Source of the DNA: Ginglymostoma cirratum
Lineage: Eukaryota
Assembly (NCBI GenBank): GCA_024137785.1
Contig: JAHRHZ010000223.1
Location: 11,724,908 to 11,788,907, forward strand
Direction: 5' to 3'
DNA length: 64,000 nucleotides
In this document: piece after piece, positions 25,483-38,381 of the stretch
How the letters are laid out: each line of letters opens with the position of its first letter
Numbering within the stretch: position 1 is the stretch's first letter
Notes under the pieces: model-generated
Told to the model about the DNA's origin: nothing
Databases searched by the model: none
What the model saw: only the letters and a program-made list of their open reading frames with translations
Translations under genes and position numbers: made by a program

Positions 25483-26653
25483 TGCAGCTTTGAATACACA
25501 ATATTTATCCCCAAAGATACATTGTTGTGGAGGCTTTCCAGGGCTACAATGTGAGTAATATCAAAGACATTAAAGTCGAGTTGCAGAATCTACTCGGGCT
25601 AGTGGCCTAAGACTAATGTCTCCTCCAGTGAGTACTTCTCGGAAGTAACTTTTTATTCTGTTATTAGTTTTAGCATTTGTCAAGTTTAAATTAATTTGCA
25701 TTCTCAAGCAAACTCAATTCTTTGATAATTTTCTTGATGTTTTTATATTGAGCTATATTTCAAAAGGAAAACTGACTAATTCAGTAGACCTACAATATAC
25801 ATGAACTCAAGGAGTTCTAAAGAAGAGTCATATTGAACTGGAAACATTATCTCTGTTCCTCTTTGCACAAAGACTGCCACACCTGCTGGGTTTCTCCACC
25901 ATTTCTGTTTCTGACAACAAAATAGTCCAGGGAAAAAAATTCTAACGTTTGGTAATACAACAATCATTGACCACAGTGAAGTGTTTTGTTTCAGTGGAGA
26001 ATAATTTATTTTCAGGGAATAACAATCCATTCTAGCAGAAAACTGGGAACATAGTATTGATATTTTTTGACTTTAACTCAGTCAGAAAAATCCTTGAATG
26101 AGGCTGCTCTCCTGTAAAGCTAACTACTTGTTTGTCCTGTGTACTGGTATTGTCATGTGTAGTCTTTTAACAGAACATAAGAATGCCTTGAATTGAATGC
26201 CTACTAGCTCTTCCTACTATTTTGGTCATAAACGTTATTAAAGGTGAGTTATAGTCTTTTCCTCAGTGAAAGTCCACATTAAAATTATGGTTAGGTATTA
26301 AGTTGTAGCAAAATATTAATTTAACTGAATGAATCTGGTAACACATTGATTGATATTTAGCACCATGTTAGTGCCTTTCACTGTTGATGCACATGGACAC
26401 AAAATAAGTTTCAGTTGTTCGTTAGCTCGCCGAGCCAGTTGTTCTGTGGTGTGCAGACATTTCATTACCCTCCTAGGTAACATCATCAGTATGACGTCTA
26501 ATCGAAGCGTTGGTGTTCTGCTTCCTTCCAGATTTATATGATCCTCTGGTCTGGTGATCTTGTCGCTTCCGGTTCTGTTGTTTTAGCAGCGGTCTGTATA
26601 CGGGGTCTATTTCAATGTGCTCGTTAATGGAGTCCTGTTTTCAGAACCAGGCT
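25483..26653. repeat. Left arm of a long inverted repeat
   Basis: Reverse complement of 27963-29261. Identical mirrored ORFs (26350-26541 + and 28076-28267 -) show the pairing. Confidence 0.95.
26452..26492 (-). ncRNA. Hammerhead ribozyme motif (Poseidon-type Penelope terminal repeat), partly decayed
   Basis: Minus strand: CUGAUGA-u-GUUACC-uaggag-GGUAAU-GAAA-U-GUC-ugc. Confidence 0.6.
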
Positions 26654-28210
26654 TGAACAACTCCCGCTTCCACTGCCTCCCCAGTATACCCAAACATGGA
26701 ATACCACTCAGACCAATAGTCTCCTTACCAGGCACATCTACACACAAGCTAACGGGAGAATTACAACGGAGACGCAAAGACCTGATTAGCAGATCCACAC
26801 TGAATCCATTCAGACCAAGAATTTCTTGCATAGCTCAAGGGCACAATGAGGATGAAATCATGATCTCCTTCAATGTTACTGCACTATTTAGGTCCTTTGA
26901 CATAATGTTAGCCAAAGAGACATTAGCCACACTACTGGATGGACGAGGAGCACCGACCCTGAACACCGGCAACAACATCAGCAAGGACAGCTTACTGAAA
27001 CAGCTAGATTTATGCCTTACAACATATTTCATTTTCAACCGATAGATATACAAACAGATCAATGGCACACTAATGGGATCACTTATCTCAGGTCTCATAG
27101 CAGAAGCAGTGATGCAGAGATTGGAACACACAGTCCTTCCTATAATCCAACTGAAACTGTGGGTAAGATACGTGGATTACACGTTTGTAATAATCAAATG
27201 CACAAGGGTAGAAGAAACCCACCAACTTGTCAACAACAACTTTGCAAACATAAATGTCACTAGAGAGGAAGAAAACAACAAACAGCTCCCGTTTTTGACT
27301 TAATGTTAGAGAAACTGACTAACAGCGAATTCTGGACCTGAGTATACAGGAAGGCTACACATACGGACCAAATCCTTAACTTCAATAGCAGCAACCCAGC
27401 ATATACAAACAGAGCTGCATCAAGACACTACTTAAATGAGCTGCATCACACTGTAATATCCCAGAACTCCAGAGAATGGAAGAGGAACACCTACACAACA
27501 TCTTCACCAATAATAGATATCCAAGAAGTTTTGTCTGCAGATGCCTACACTACAAAAGACAGTCAGATGGCACAGTACAACAGAAGAAACTAGCAACACT
27601 ATCTTGCATCAAAAATATATCAGAAATGGCGACCTGGCTCCTAAGACTGCAAAAGATCATGATTGCACACAAACCTGCAGCAACATTGTGCCGAATGTTA
27701 TCAAAGACTAAAGATCCAATACCGACAATAAACAAGACCAATGGTATATACAGAGTACCATGCAGTGAATGCAATAAACATTACATTGGACAAACAAGGA
27801 GGAAACTGACAATGAGGATACATGAACATCAGCTAGCAGCTAAAAGACACGACCAATATTTACTTGTCTCAATACAAACAGACAATGAGGGCCATTAGTT
27901 TGACTGGGACAAAATGTCTATACTGGGACAAGTGAACACCAGACATGCGAGGGAATTTCGGGAAGCCTGGCTCTCAACACGGAACTCCATTAACAAACAC
28001 ATTGAAATAGACCCCATATACAGACTGCTGCTAAAACAACAGAACCGGAAGCGACAAGACCACCAGACCAGAGGATCATATAAATCTGGAAGGAAGCAGA
28101 ACACCAACGCTTCGATTAGACGTCGTACTGATGATGTTACCTAGGAGGGTAATGAAATGTCTGCACACCACAGAACAACTGGCTCGGCGAGCTAACGAGC
28201 AACTGAAACT
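26654..28210 (+). mobile_element. Penelope-like element, Poseidon/Penelope group; RT plus GIY-YIG pseudogene
   Basis: GIPLRPIVS, ISFNVTALF, NGTLMGSLISGLIAEAVMQRLE, WVRYVDYTF, QLPFL, VYRKATHTDQIL, GIYRVPCSECNKHYIGQTRRKL..RIHEH, AREFREAW. Several stops and frameshifts. Confidence 0.93.
28125..28165 (+). ncRNA. Hammerhead ribozyme motif (Poseidon-type), partly decayed
   Basis: gua-CUGAUGA-u-GUUACC-uaggag-GGUAAU-GAAA-U-GUC-ugc. Confidence 0.6.
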
Positions 28211-28682
28211 TATTTTGTGTCCATGTGCATCAACAGTGAAAGGCACTAACATGGTGCTAAATATCAATCAATGTGTTACCAGATTCATTCAGTTAAATTA
28301 ATATTTTGCTACAACTTAATACCTAACCATAATTTTAATGTGGACTTTCACTGAGGAAAAGACTATAACTCACCTTTAATAACGTTTATGACCAAAATAG
28401 TAGGAAGAGCTAGTAGGCATTCAATTCAAGGCATTCTTATGTTCTGTTAAAAGACTACACATGACAATACCAGTACACAGGACAAACAAGTAGTTAGCTT
28501 TACAGGAGAGCAGTCTCGTGCAAGGATTTTTCTGTCTGAGTTAATGTCAAAAAATGTCAATACTATGTTCCCAGCTTTCTGCTAGAATGGACTGCTTTTT
28601 TCCTGAAAATAAATTATTCTCCACTGAAACAAAACACTTCACTGTGGTCAATGATTGTTGTACTACCAAGCCTTCGAATTTC

Positions 28683-28818
28683 CCCAGAACTGAGGAAGGG
28701 TCACCGGACCCGAAACATTAACTCTGTGTTTTCCTTCTGCTGCCAGACCTGCTGAGCTTTTCCAGCAACTTTGTTTTTGTTCCTGACTTCCAGCATCCAC
28801 AGTTCTTTCAGTTTTTGC
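28683..28818 (+). mobile_element. Short non-autonomous element beginning with a hammerhead motif
   Basis: CTGAGGA-a-GGGTC-accg-GACCC-GAAA-cattaac followed by the gctgccagacctgctgagcttttccagca body. Absent from the paired left arm. Candidate TSD ttcgaatttc / ttagaatttc. Confidence 0.8.
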
Positions 28819-29749
28819 TTAGAATTTCTTCCCTGGACTATTTTGTCAGAAATGGTGGAGAAACCCAGCAGGTGTGGCAGTATTTGTGGAAAGAGGAACG
28901 GAGATAATGTTTCCAATCCAATATGACTCTTCTTTAGAATTCCTTGAGTTCGTATATATTGTAGGTCTACTGAATTAGTCAGTTTTCCTTTTGAAATATA
29001 ACTCAATATAAAAGCATCAAGAAAATTATCAAAGAATTGAATTTACTTGAGAATGCAAATTTAACAAATGCTAAAACTAATAACACAATAAAAAGTTAAT
29101 TCCTAGAAGTACTCATTGGAAGTGACATTAGTCTTAGGCCACTGGTCCAAGCAGATTCTGCAACTCAACTTTAATGTCTTTGATATTACTCACATTGTAG
29201 CCCTGGAAAGCCTCCACCACAATGTATCCCCAGGGATAAATATTGTGCATTCAAGGCTGCACATTAATGAACAACTGCATCTACAGTCTGAGCTACAAAT
29301 TTTCGGTCACACCACAAAATAGGTTTTCTGCGTCTGTACCCTCAGAAAATCTAGAGCATAGATTGTCTTTGCCATCAACAATGATAAACAGGCAATGGGA
29401 ACTGCTGCAATATTGCAACAACTTTGCTTCTGACTAAGAGTCTATAAGTTTATTTGCCAGATTTCCACTTCATTTTGGACCTATCATGAATACTCCACAT
29501 GTAATGGTCATTCAATTTTCTTATGGAGGTTTGAATTCAAGGCAGATGAATGTGATCTGAGCATCATTTTCAATGACATATTATTTCTAATGCTGTAATG
29601 GGTCCTTACTTGCAAGTGGCATTTATCCTACTTCATGCCATCTCTACCTTACCTCTTTTAGTCTATCTCACATGCGTAATGTTATGGTAATTGTATTGTT
29701 CACATTCAGGCGTATTGATTGATAATGTATCTTGAGAACATATAAAAAG

Positions 29750-30395
29750 GGACTACACACAGCTGCAGCAGATAATCAGGAATTCTAATGGAATGTTGGC
29801 CCTTCTTTCATGGGGTTTTGAGTATAAGAGTGGGCAAGTCCCACTGCAAATGTACAATACCTGGAGCATTGTGAGCAGTTTTGGTCTCCTTATTTAAGGA
29901 AAGATGTCATTTCATTGGACACAATTCAAAGTAGATTCACAAGGATAATTTCTTGTATGGAGGGATTGTCTTATGAGGAAAGGTTAAACAGTTTGGGTCT
30001 CTACTCATTGGAGTTGAGAAGAATGAGAGGTGTTCACGTTAAAATATATAGGATTCTTAAGGGGCTTGACAGGGCAAATGCTGAGAGGATTTTTCCCCTC
30101 ATGGGAGTGTGTAGGACCAGAGGGCATTGTCTCAGAAGAAAGGGGCACTACTTTAACACTGAGACGAGGAGGAATTTCTTCTCTCAGAGGGTTGTGAGTC
30201 CTTGGAATTCCTTGCCACAGCTTTGTATATACCTAATGCTTCGATAGATAGATTTTTGATCAATTGGGGAATCAAGAGTTACAGGGAAAGGACAAGAAAG
30301 TGGACATGAGGAATGTCAGATTAACCATGATCCTATTGAATGATGGAGAGGCTTGAAGGCCTAAACAGTCTACTCTTGTTCTCATTTCTTCTGGA
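29750..30395 (+). mobile_element. CR1 LINE 3' fragment
   Basis: GLSYEERLNSLGLYSLE..RMRG; RNFFSQRVV..WNSLP. Confidence 0.85.
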
Positions 30396-30715
30396 TTATT
30401 ATCTTCCAAGTCCAAAAAAAATCAGGTGAGGTGTTTCATTTTTTATCTTCATTTCATTTCTTTGAGGTGACTGCTCCTCAGGTTTCTTTGGAATTTTAGC
30501 TTCATGCTCCTGAATTTTGACCTACCAGGTGGATTAAGCAGTTCTCGTAAAAAAAAGGTCTTCCTGTGTGTGTGCTCCTCATCCTGGTCAAGGTGGTCCA
30601 GGGTCTGGGTCATAAAGGGGGTCATTACTTCTGCATGCTTGTACCTCCGCCAGCATTACATCCAGGTTCTGGTGTCGTTGAAGACGGAGAATGCAGTATC
30701 AATCAATATCAGTGT

Positions 30716-30840
30716 AACCTGAAGAAGGAGTGAGGCTCTGAAAGCTTGCGGTTTGAAATAAGCCTGTTGGACTATAACCTGGTGTCATGTGATTTCTGAC
30801 CTTGTCCACCCCAGTCCAACACTGGCACCTTCACATCATA
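30716..30840 (+). mobile_element. Short Penelope-terminal-repeat-like element with a hammerhead motif (third family)
   Basis: CTGAAGA-a-GGAGT-gag-GCTCT-GAAA-GC-TT followed by aataagcctgttggactataacctggtgtc. Confidence 0.55.
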
Positions 30841-31779
30841 ACCAATATACTAGGTATCTTCCGTGGCCAGTGGGAAATATACGTTCTGGGATACATTATC
30901 ACTCCTCCTAATATCAGTTTAATTAAATTTCCTTTGATATTCTTATTGTGAACATATGAATGATGAGCGTGAGTTGGCCATTTAGCCCCTTGAGCCTGCT
31001 CTATCATTTCATAAAATCATTGCTAATCTGATGGGGGCTTCAACTTCTGATTTCCACGTACCCATCATAACCTTCGATACCTTTGCTTTAGTTATAGTGT
31101 CCCCTTTAAGAGTAATTTTGATTTGTCATTAGTTTGCTTTCGATACAGTTTCTTATTTTAGATCCAGTACCCCTTTAAGGGGTTGCTCATTGACCCCGCC
31201 TCATCCTAAATCTGAAATCTCAATTCAAATACTGCAGATGGGAAGCACATGGATAGGTGAATGGGCAGCTGGCATTTGTCAGGGCACATCAGCACTGCTT
31301 GTTTCATTCCAATCTTGCAAGATAGAGCACGTTTAGATTGTTCCTTCAGGATCAGCTGAATGCTGCAGGCCAGGACAGAGTTCTAATTTCTTTGAAAAAA
31401 TGATCTCTGCAAAAAGTCATTCTTCGCTCTCACAAGGTGATCAATCGATCTCCAAGCTTGAAAACTTCCATCCAGGCAAAGTTTGGAACTTTTCCAGAGA
31501 TCTCATTGTACCATTCTTTCATGGTATGTGTACCATAAATCCTCTGAAGGGTCTAAAGGCCAGGACATCGCAACACGACCTTCTAAATGTGAAGGTTGTG
31601 GACCTGTCAAGGAATAGCTGAAGCAAAAAGCAAAGGCAACTCACAGCAGAACTGGCCTCCACGCTAAAACCCAGCTGCAGATGATCAATCTACGTGTCCC
31701 TGTACTTAATCAATACTGAAGCTTAGGAGCCATTCATGTGTGAATCTTTAGTCAATGATCCCATCCATTCCATATTCTA

Positions 31780-32098
31780 TTAGAATCCCTACAGTGTGGA
31801 AACAGGAAATTCGGCCTATTGAATCCACACTGATCCTCTGAAGAGCATCCCACCCAAACCCACTTCCCTGCATTTCTCATGGCTAATCAACATATCTCTG
31901 TACACAATGGGCAACTTAGCATGGCCAATCCACCTAACCTGCGCATCTTTGGACTGTGAGAGGAAATCAGAGCTCCCAGAGGAAATCCACATGGGGAAGA
32001 CATGCAAACTCCACACAGACAGTCATCTGAGGCTAGAATCAAACCCACGCCCCTAGCACTGTGAAGCAGCAGTGCTAGCCACTGAGCTACTGTGCCAC
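31780..32098 (-). mobile_element. HE1/V-SINE-like SINE
   Basis: Reverse complement of the same family (ccaatccacctaacctgcgcatctttggactgtg). Confidence 0.85.
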
Positions 32099-32944
32099 CC
32101 TCATCTTACTCATTTCGCATTTTTTAAACAAAGACACCGACCTGCTGAAATTAATTTTCTGAAAATTACTAACTTACCTGTTACCTGGTAAACAAGCTTT
32201 ATTTTTCTGGTGCAAACCACCCAGAGTGTGCATCATGCACATACAAAGCAGCAAGAGCATGAATCAGATGTGAAATAAAACTGCCTCTAGCCTTCCCTTC
32301 AACCTACTTTAAGCCACATCCACCGAAAACCAGGCTTTTTGACAGAATTTGTCAACACTCGTCAACATTGTGATGCTGAAAATCATATTGCCAATTTGTG
32401 TGGTATCACTGCAGGAATTTACATTCTGCAGCTGAGCCATCACTGAAACATTCCCAGACAGAATTTTTTACATAAGTGACCAAACGTTTGGTCAAAGCAG
32501 TAGGTTTTAAGGAAAGTCTGTAAGGTGAAGAGAGAAATGGAAAAGCAGAGTATGAACAGTTATATTCTGTGGATATGCAGTCAAGAAGAACAGAGTTAAA
32601 GCTGCCCAAATTATTTTAGCTGTGGAATATAGCAACCACTGTGGATATATTTACATTCCAAACATCTGGACTGAATTTGGCCTAAAATATCTCAGTAGTT
32701 AAAGAACCATGTCACTTAAATCAACTACAATGCATTGAATTTGATTTAAAGTTAAAACTGTATTTGTATTGTATTTGTAGAGTTTAGCTTGAATGCCATG
32801 AACAGGAGAGAGGATGTTTCCTCAGAAAGTAATAACAGAAGATATGCATCTAAAGATTTTGAGCTGGAGATAGCTAATCCTTCCAAATAAATTAAGTTGA
32901 GGATCCGTCCTTAGCTGACATTTAGTAATAGCTATTATCAGGCT

Positions 32945-33800
32945 AACATACAAATATAGAGATGAATAGACCATTCAGCCCTTTAAGCCTGTTCCGCCTT
33001 TAAATAAGATCATGATTGAGCTGATTATAGTCTACATCCACAGTCCCATCTATCTCAATAACGTTTGATGCCCTTGTTGGTCAAGAACCAATCTACCTCT
33101 TCCTTAAAAATATTCAATGACTCCAATATGACAATATATAGGAGCTGAAGCAGGCCATTCAGCCCATTGAGTCTGCTCCACCATTCAATGAGATTATAGC
33201 TGATCTGACCTTACAGACTCGCAGGCTGAGCTGAGTCTCCAGGTCCACAGGTCTGCCTGTACATCTGAAGGAGCGAATCCTTTCATGTGATAGCTTTCCG
33301 CAATCTTTTTCCATTTAAACAATATTCAGCTCCTCTATGGTTACCACCAAAGTGCATAACGTCACATTTTGTCACATTATATTCCATCTGCCAAGCTTGT
33401 TCCCACTTACTTAGCTGTTAATAGTCCTCTGCAGACTCTTTGAATCACCCACACTACTTGCCTTCCCACTTACTTTTGTGTTATCTATGAACTTGGTTAT
33501 AGTACGTTCATTTTTCCAACCTAAATCAATAATATATATTGGAAATAATTGTAGCCCCATCACTGATCCCTGTGGCACTCCCTTCTTCCATCTCTCTCTG
33601 GAGGACCCCTTGACAGAAAAAAATTCTTCTCATCTCTAACTTAAATGAAAGATGCTATGTCCCTTAGTTCTTGTCTCTCCTGCAGAAGTCTCTCCTACAG
33701 GGGAAACATCCTTCCAGTGTCCATCCTGTTAAATTCCCTCAGAATGTGATGTAAAGAAAATCACCTTACTTTCTAAATTCCAGTAGGCATAGGTCCAAAC
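32945..33800 (-). mobile_element. Fragmented, nested CR1 remnants
   Basis: Two CR1 tails (ggccattcagccc...gatcatg) and an RT remnant (ttccatctgccaa; gatccctgtggcactcc). Confidence 0.6.
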
Positions 33801-36457
33801 TTTTCTCAATTGATATCACCAAAACACCTAGCCCAAGTAACTGTTGAGTGAACATTCACTGCTATAGCCCAAACATACCATACTGTTATATATAAAATGC
33901 AAAGGTAAGCAGGTGAAAACCAACTCATTGTTCTGTCCTTATAAAGAAGGAGCTGTTGAAGGATCACAGTGAGAGAAGGACAGAATCTCTTGTTTGTTAT
34001 GTGATCCTGAATAAACTAGCCTGGCCAAACAGGAAGAGACTGGATGTTCCTATCCTATATTGGGGTAGAATGAAGGTGGAACAGCCAAAGAAAGATGCCA
34101 GCAGCAGGTTATGTGCCACGCTTCCACCTCTGTTCCCAACCCTGCTGACATTCCCAAGGATGGTGGAGCGAGCAAAGTCAGGGACAAGTGGGCAAGTGAA
34201 GTTGCCCTCCACCTTTAGAGCTTGCTTTCTAACACCCTGAGATTTCCATGGAGACAAGCGGTCATCAGGAGCTTTGTGAAGCTAACAAGCTCCAGTTTGG
34301 CAGGAACAGAGACAGAGGCCCTGAATCAGAACAGAAAATGTTGGAGAAACTCAGCATCTATAGAGAGGGAAACAGAGTGACAGCTTCAAGTCCATAGATT
34401 CACCCTCAGATCTACAACTGCACTAAATAACTTGTTGATAAGAAGATTTTGGAGAAAAAGAAATTATAGAACAGCAACTAAATTTTACCAACGGATCATT
34501 CCTGGGTACCAGCCCACTATTTTCCCAGGCCACTTCAAATACGAAGATCTTCCCATTTTGTTTTGCTTTCATCCACTATGTGCAACCCACCAGCAGTAGC
34601 TGCTGATTCAGGCCAGTATGGGGTCCAGTTTCCTACTGTTCCACCTCCATTCCCTCTCCTCCTGACCAGCCACTGATCGGGCATCAGAACCATCTCTAGA
34701 ATCAAGAAGACTCCAACTCTCTCTTGGGGCTGTGGATGAAGACAGAATTGTGAGCCAGAATCCTTCACACTTTCCAATTGCCACTTTGACTGGGAAGGTC
34801 TGGTCCCTCTGAGATGCCAGTCTATCCCAGGTTGATAAAAACAAAGGCAGAGTACTATGGATGCTGGAAATGCAAAAAAAAAATACAGAATCCTGGAGAA
34901 ACTCAGCAGGTCTGGCAGAATCTGTGGAGAGAGATCACCATAGACACTGACAGACCTGTTGATCATATTAAAACTGAGAAGTGGGAATAATAGCCAGTGA
35001 TGGTTAGAGTTTTCTATATGTTTTAGTAAAGAGAGGATCTGTTACCTGTCATTAATTTTTTTTTACAATAGAAATGGAGTTCAGAAAGCCAACACATTTT
35101 GCTGCACCTTTTACTTTGTTTTGTTTTATTGAAGACCTCAGGATTATTGATAGCTTGATTCACTTTTTACTCTTTTAATGTTTATTATGACCTTACATTC
35201 AGGTTTCACATTCATGTGTTCTGTACATGTGTATATGCTTGACTTCAAACATTCAGAATTGACTCTCATTAGCAAACTCAGCTACTCTGACATTTAATGA
35301 CAGCCATACTCTGCATGGTGCCTGTTAATCACAGTCTTGTAGGATTCACTGAGCTGGTACTGACAACGTACTATTTCATACAGATCGCAGGTAGATTTCA
35401 ACGATTTCTCATCAATCTCAGGATGCTTTTATATCATTACAGGGTCGGTTATGATTCAGATTTAAACATTACCGGAGAGGATAAACATGGTAGCTTCATG
35501 TAAAACCAAAAAAGATGATTAAATATAAGAAAGTGCAACTGTCTCCATGCAAGGTCTTCTAATTATCTTTTGTTTTCTCTCTCTTTGGTACTGAGAAAAA
35601 TTGAACTCGTTCCATTCCAGCTATCCACTCTTCGGACAAAGCACAGCCAGGAATGAAGCAAAGTTTCCCAACTTTGGAAAAACTCCTTCTGATTTGATTT
35701 ATTGTTGTCACATGTACCTGAATACAGTGAAAGTTTTGTTTTGTGAGCAGCAGAGGCAGATCATAATGCATAACAGCATTAAAAATTTGTCAAGAAAATA
35801 ATGTAAAGTTCCAATTGGCTGAATGTCGGACTGGCATCTTGTGAAATTTTACTTCACGCTTGAGTGCAAATCCAAAGAAGTGGTAGCCTGCTTCACTGTG
35901 TGAGCCCATACTCTTTGCCTAATGTCACACCTAAATGACATTGTATGCTTTATTTTGTTGCAAAGCAGAAGCCATTTTACATCAGGAAGTGGTGGAAATT
36001 CTCAGTAAGTAAGACAGCATCTGCAAAGAGAGAAACAGAGTACATATTTCAGATCAATCACTTTCATTAGAATGTCAACATTCAGGTCATTAACCTGAGA
36101 TGTAGGGAAAAGGCAGGAGATAGGCACCAAGTTAAAATGTTCACAGAGTTAGTGCAGACACAATGGGCTGAATGCCTCCTTCTGCTCTGTACTGGTTCTG
36201 CACTTCTCTCTTCATAAATCCTGCTACACTTCCTGAATATTTCCAGCATTTTCCATTGATTTTCAGAATCCACAGTATTTGGCTTTTCTATATTTTGTTA
36301 GTTTCATAATTGGGGATTGGTGGGGCCAGTGAGTTTTTTAACAGAACACTGGAAGAGACTCCCCGCTCTATTTCAATTAGTCCTATGCCCACATTAACAG
36401 TAAGATCAATGAGTTTAGCCTTGGATTAGTGTACCTCCAACAATGGCAATACTTCCT

Positions 36458-37077
36458 CAAATCTGTACAAGTAAGGATGTCTTTCTGCAGTTATACAGGG
36501 CTTTGGGGAGACCACACCTTGAGTATTGTGTGCAGTTTTGATCTCCGAGTTTGAGGAAGGATATTCTTGCTATTGAGGCAGTCCACCAAAGGTGCCCCAA
36601 GTTGATTCCCGGATGGCAGGACTGATGTATGAAGAAAGACTGGATTGACTGAGCTTGCACTCACTCAAATTTAGAAGAATGAGGGAGGATCTCATAGAAA
36701 CTTATAAAATCTTGATGAGACTGGACAGGCTCGATGTGGGAAGAATATTCCCGAAGTTGTGGAAGTCTAGAACTAGGGGTTAAAGTCTAAGAATAAGGGG
36801 TAAACCATTCAGGACTGAGATGAGGAGGATTTTCTTCCATCAGAAAGCTGTGAACCTGCAGAATACGCTCCAACATGAAGCTGTTGGGGTCAGTTCATTA
36901 GATATATTGAAGACCGAGCTGAATCTGGACCTTGTGGCTAAAGGGATCAAAGTGTATGTAAAGAAGTCGGGAGTGGGATATTGAAACTGCATAATCAGCC
37001 ATGATCATATTGAATGGTAGCCCAGGCTCAAAGGGCTGTATGGCCTACTCTTGCACCTTTTGTCTATGTTTCTATGT
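36458..37077 (+). mobile_element. CR1 LINE 3' fragment
   Basis: agaccacaccttgagtattgtgtgcagttttg...agaagaatgagggaggatctcatagaaac; ctatgtttctatg tail. Confidence 0.85.
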
Positions 37078-37877
37078 ACTTCTTGTTGTCTTACATTGCA
37101 TAATCTGATCTGACAATGTTTTTGATTGAGGCAACACTGCTGCCAACTGTTTTAATTTGATATTTAATGTTGAAGTATAAATATTTATGTGATACCAGTT
37201 TGTTGTTTTGAAGACATACATACACACAGAAGACCAATAATTAGTAAGGTCCTCAACCTAGTGTTAGCGCCAAGCAGATGAATCTACAAGCAGTGTTATG
37301 TGATCCACATCGATCCAGTGCTGTAATTCATACTGAGCCAGGCTTAACAATGCAGTTTTAACATCCAGCAAATTATTTAGATCTCTAAAATTCTCTTAAT
37401 AAAACTTTTCTTTCATCTCTTCTCCAAAACAAGTCAATTATTTCAAATACTGCCAACCACTCACCCTCTTCTTGAATTTGAATTTCGAAATTGAAGAATG
37501 TAACATAATTTATAATAAACTTTACTATCTCTGGTCTGAAATTGTTTACATTGTTGCGTTGTTTGTAGGAAACAATGACTGCTTTTGAGAAACTTAGTTA
37601 CAAACTGGCACCAGAAAAGGGAAAATGTTTATTTAAAATTACTTAAAATGGAAAGTTAACTTGTAATTTATAGAACACCTTAAGCAACCTCATGATGCCA
37701 CAAGGTACTTCACACACACCTAATAAAGTGATGTTCAAATATAATTACTGTGTAATATAGAAAACAGAGCAGCCAGATTGTGTACAGTAAGCTCTTAGAG
37801 ACACCAGTGATTCATACAGACTGGTGATCTGTTTTGCAATGTGTTATTGGAGATAAACGTTGGCCAGGAATGAGTGT

Positions 37878-38215
37878 CATGGAATCATAGAATCCCTACA
37901 GTATGGAAGCAGGCCATTTGGTCCATTGAGTCCACACTGATCCTCTGAAGAGCATCCCAACCAGTCCCAGCTCCCGACCCTATAACTCTGCATTTCCCAT
38001 GGCTAATCCACCTAGCCTGCAAACTATGGGCAATTTAGGATGGCCAATCCACCTAACCTGCACATCTTTGGACTTTGAGAAGAAATCAGAACACCCAGAG
38101 GAAACCCACACTGACATGGGGAGAATGTGCAAACTCTGCACAGACAGTCACCTGAGTCTGAAATCGAACCCAGGTCCCTGGAGAAATGAGGCAGCAATGC
38201 TAACCACTGAGTGAC
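37878..38215 (-). mobile_element. HE1/V-SINE-like SINE
   Basis: Same family motifs on the minus strand. Confidence 0.85.
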
Positions 38216-38381
38216 CCCAAAAATGAGGGTAACCTGCCTCTGTAATGCATTTTATTCCACAATTATACTGAATTCAAATTTTACCATCTGACATGGGCAG
38301 GATTGGAACCCATGCCCCCAGAACTTTAATCTGAGTCTTTAAGACAGCGATGTTACAACTATGCCACTACTGCCCTACCCT

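Larger units (their letters stand above)
27963..29261. repeat. Right arm of the long inverted repeat (carries a 136-bp insertion)
   Basis: Reverse complement of 25483-26653 except for the insert at 28683-28818. Confidence 0.95.

Noticed and set aside
26350-26541. Duplicated 63-aa ORF (mirrored at 28076-28267)
   Set aside because: A consequence of the inverted repeat; antisense to the Penelope 3' end, with no coding signature.
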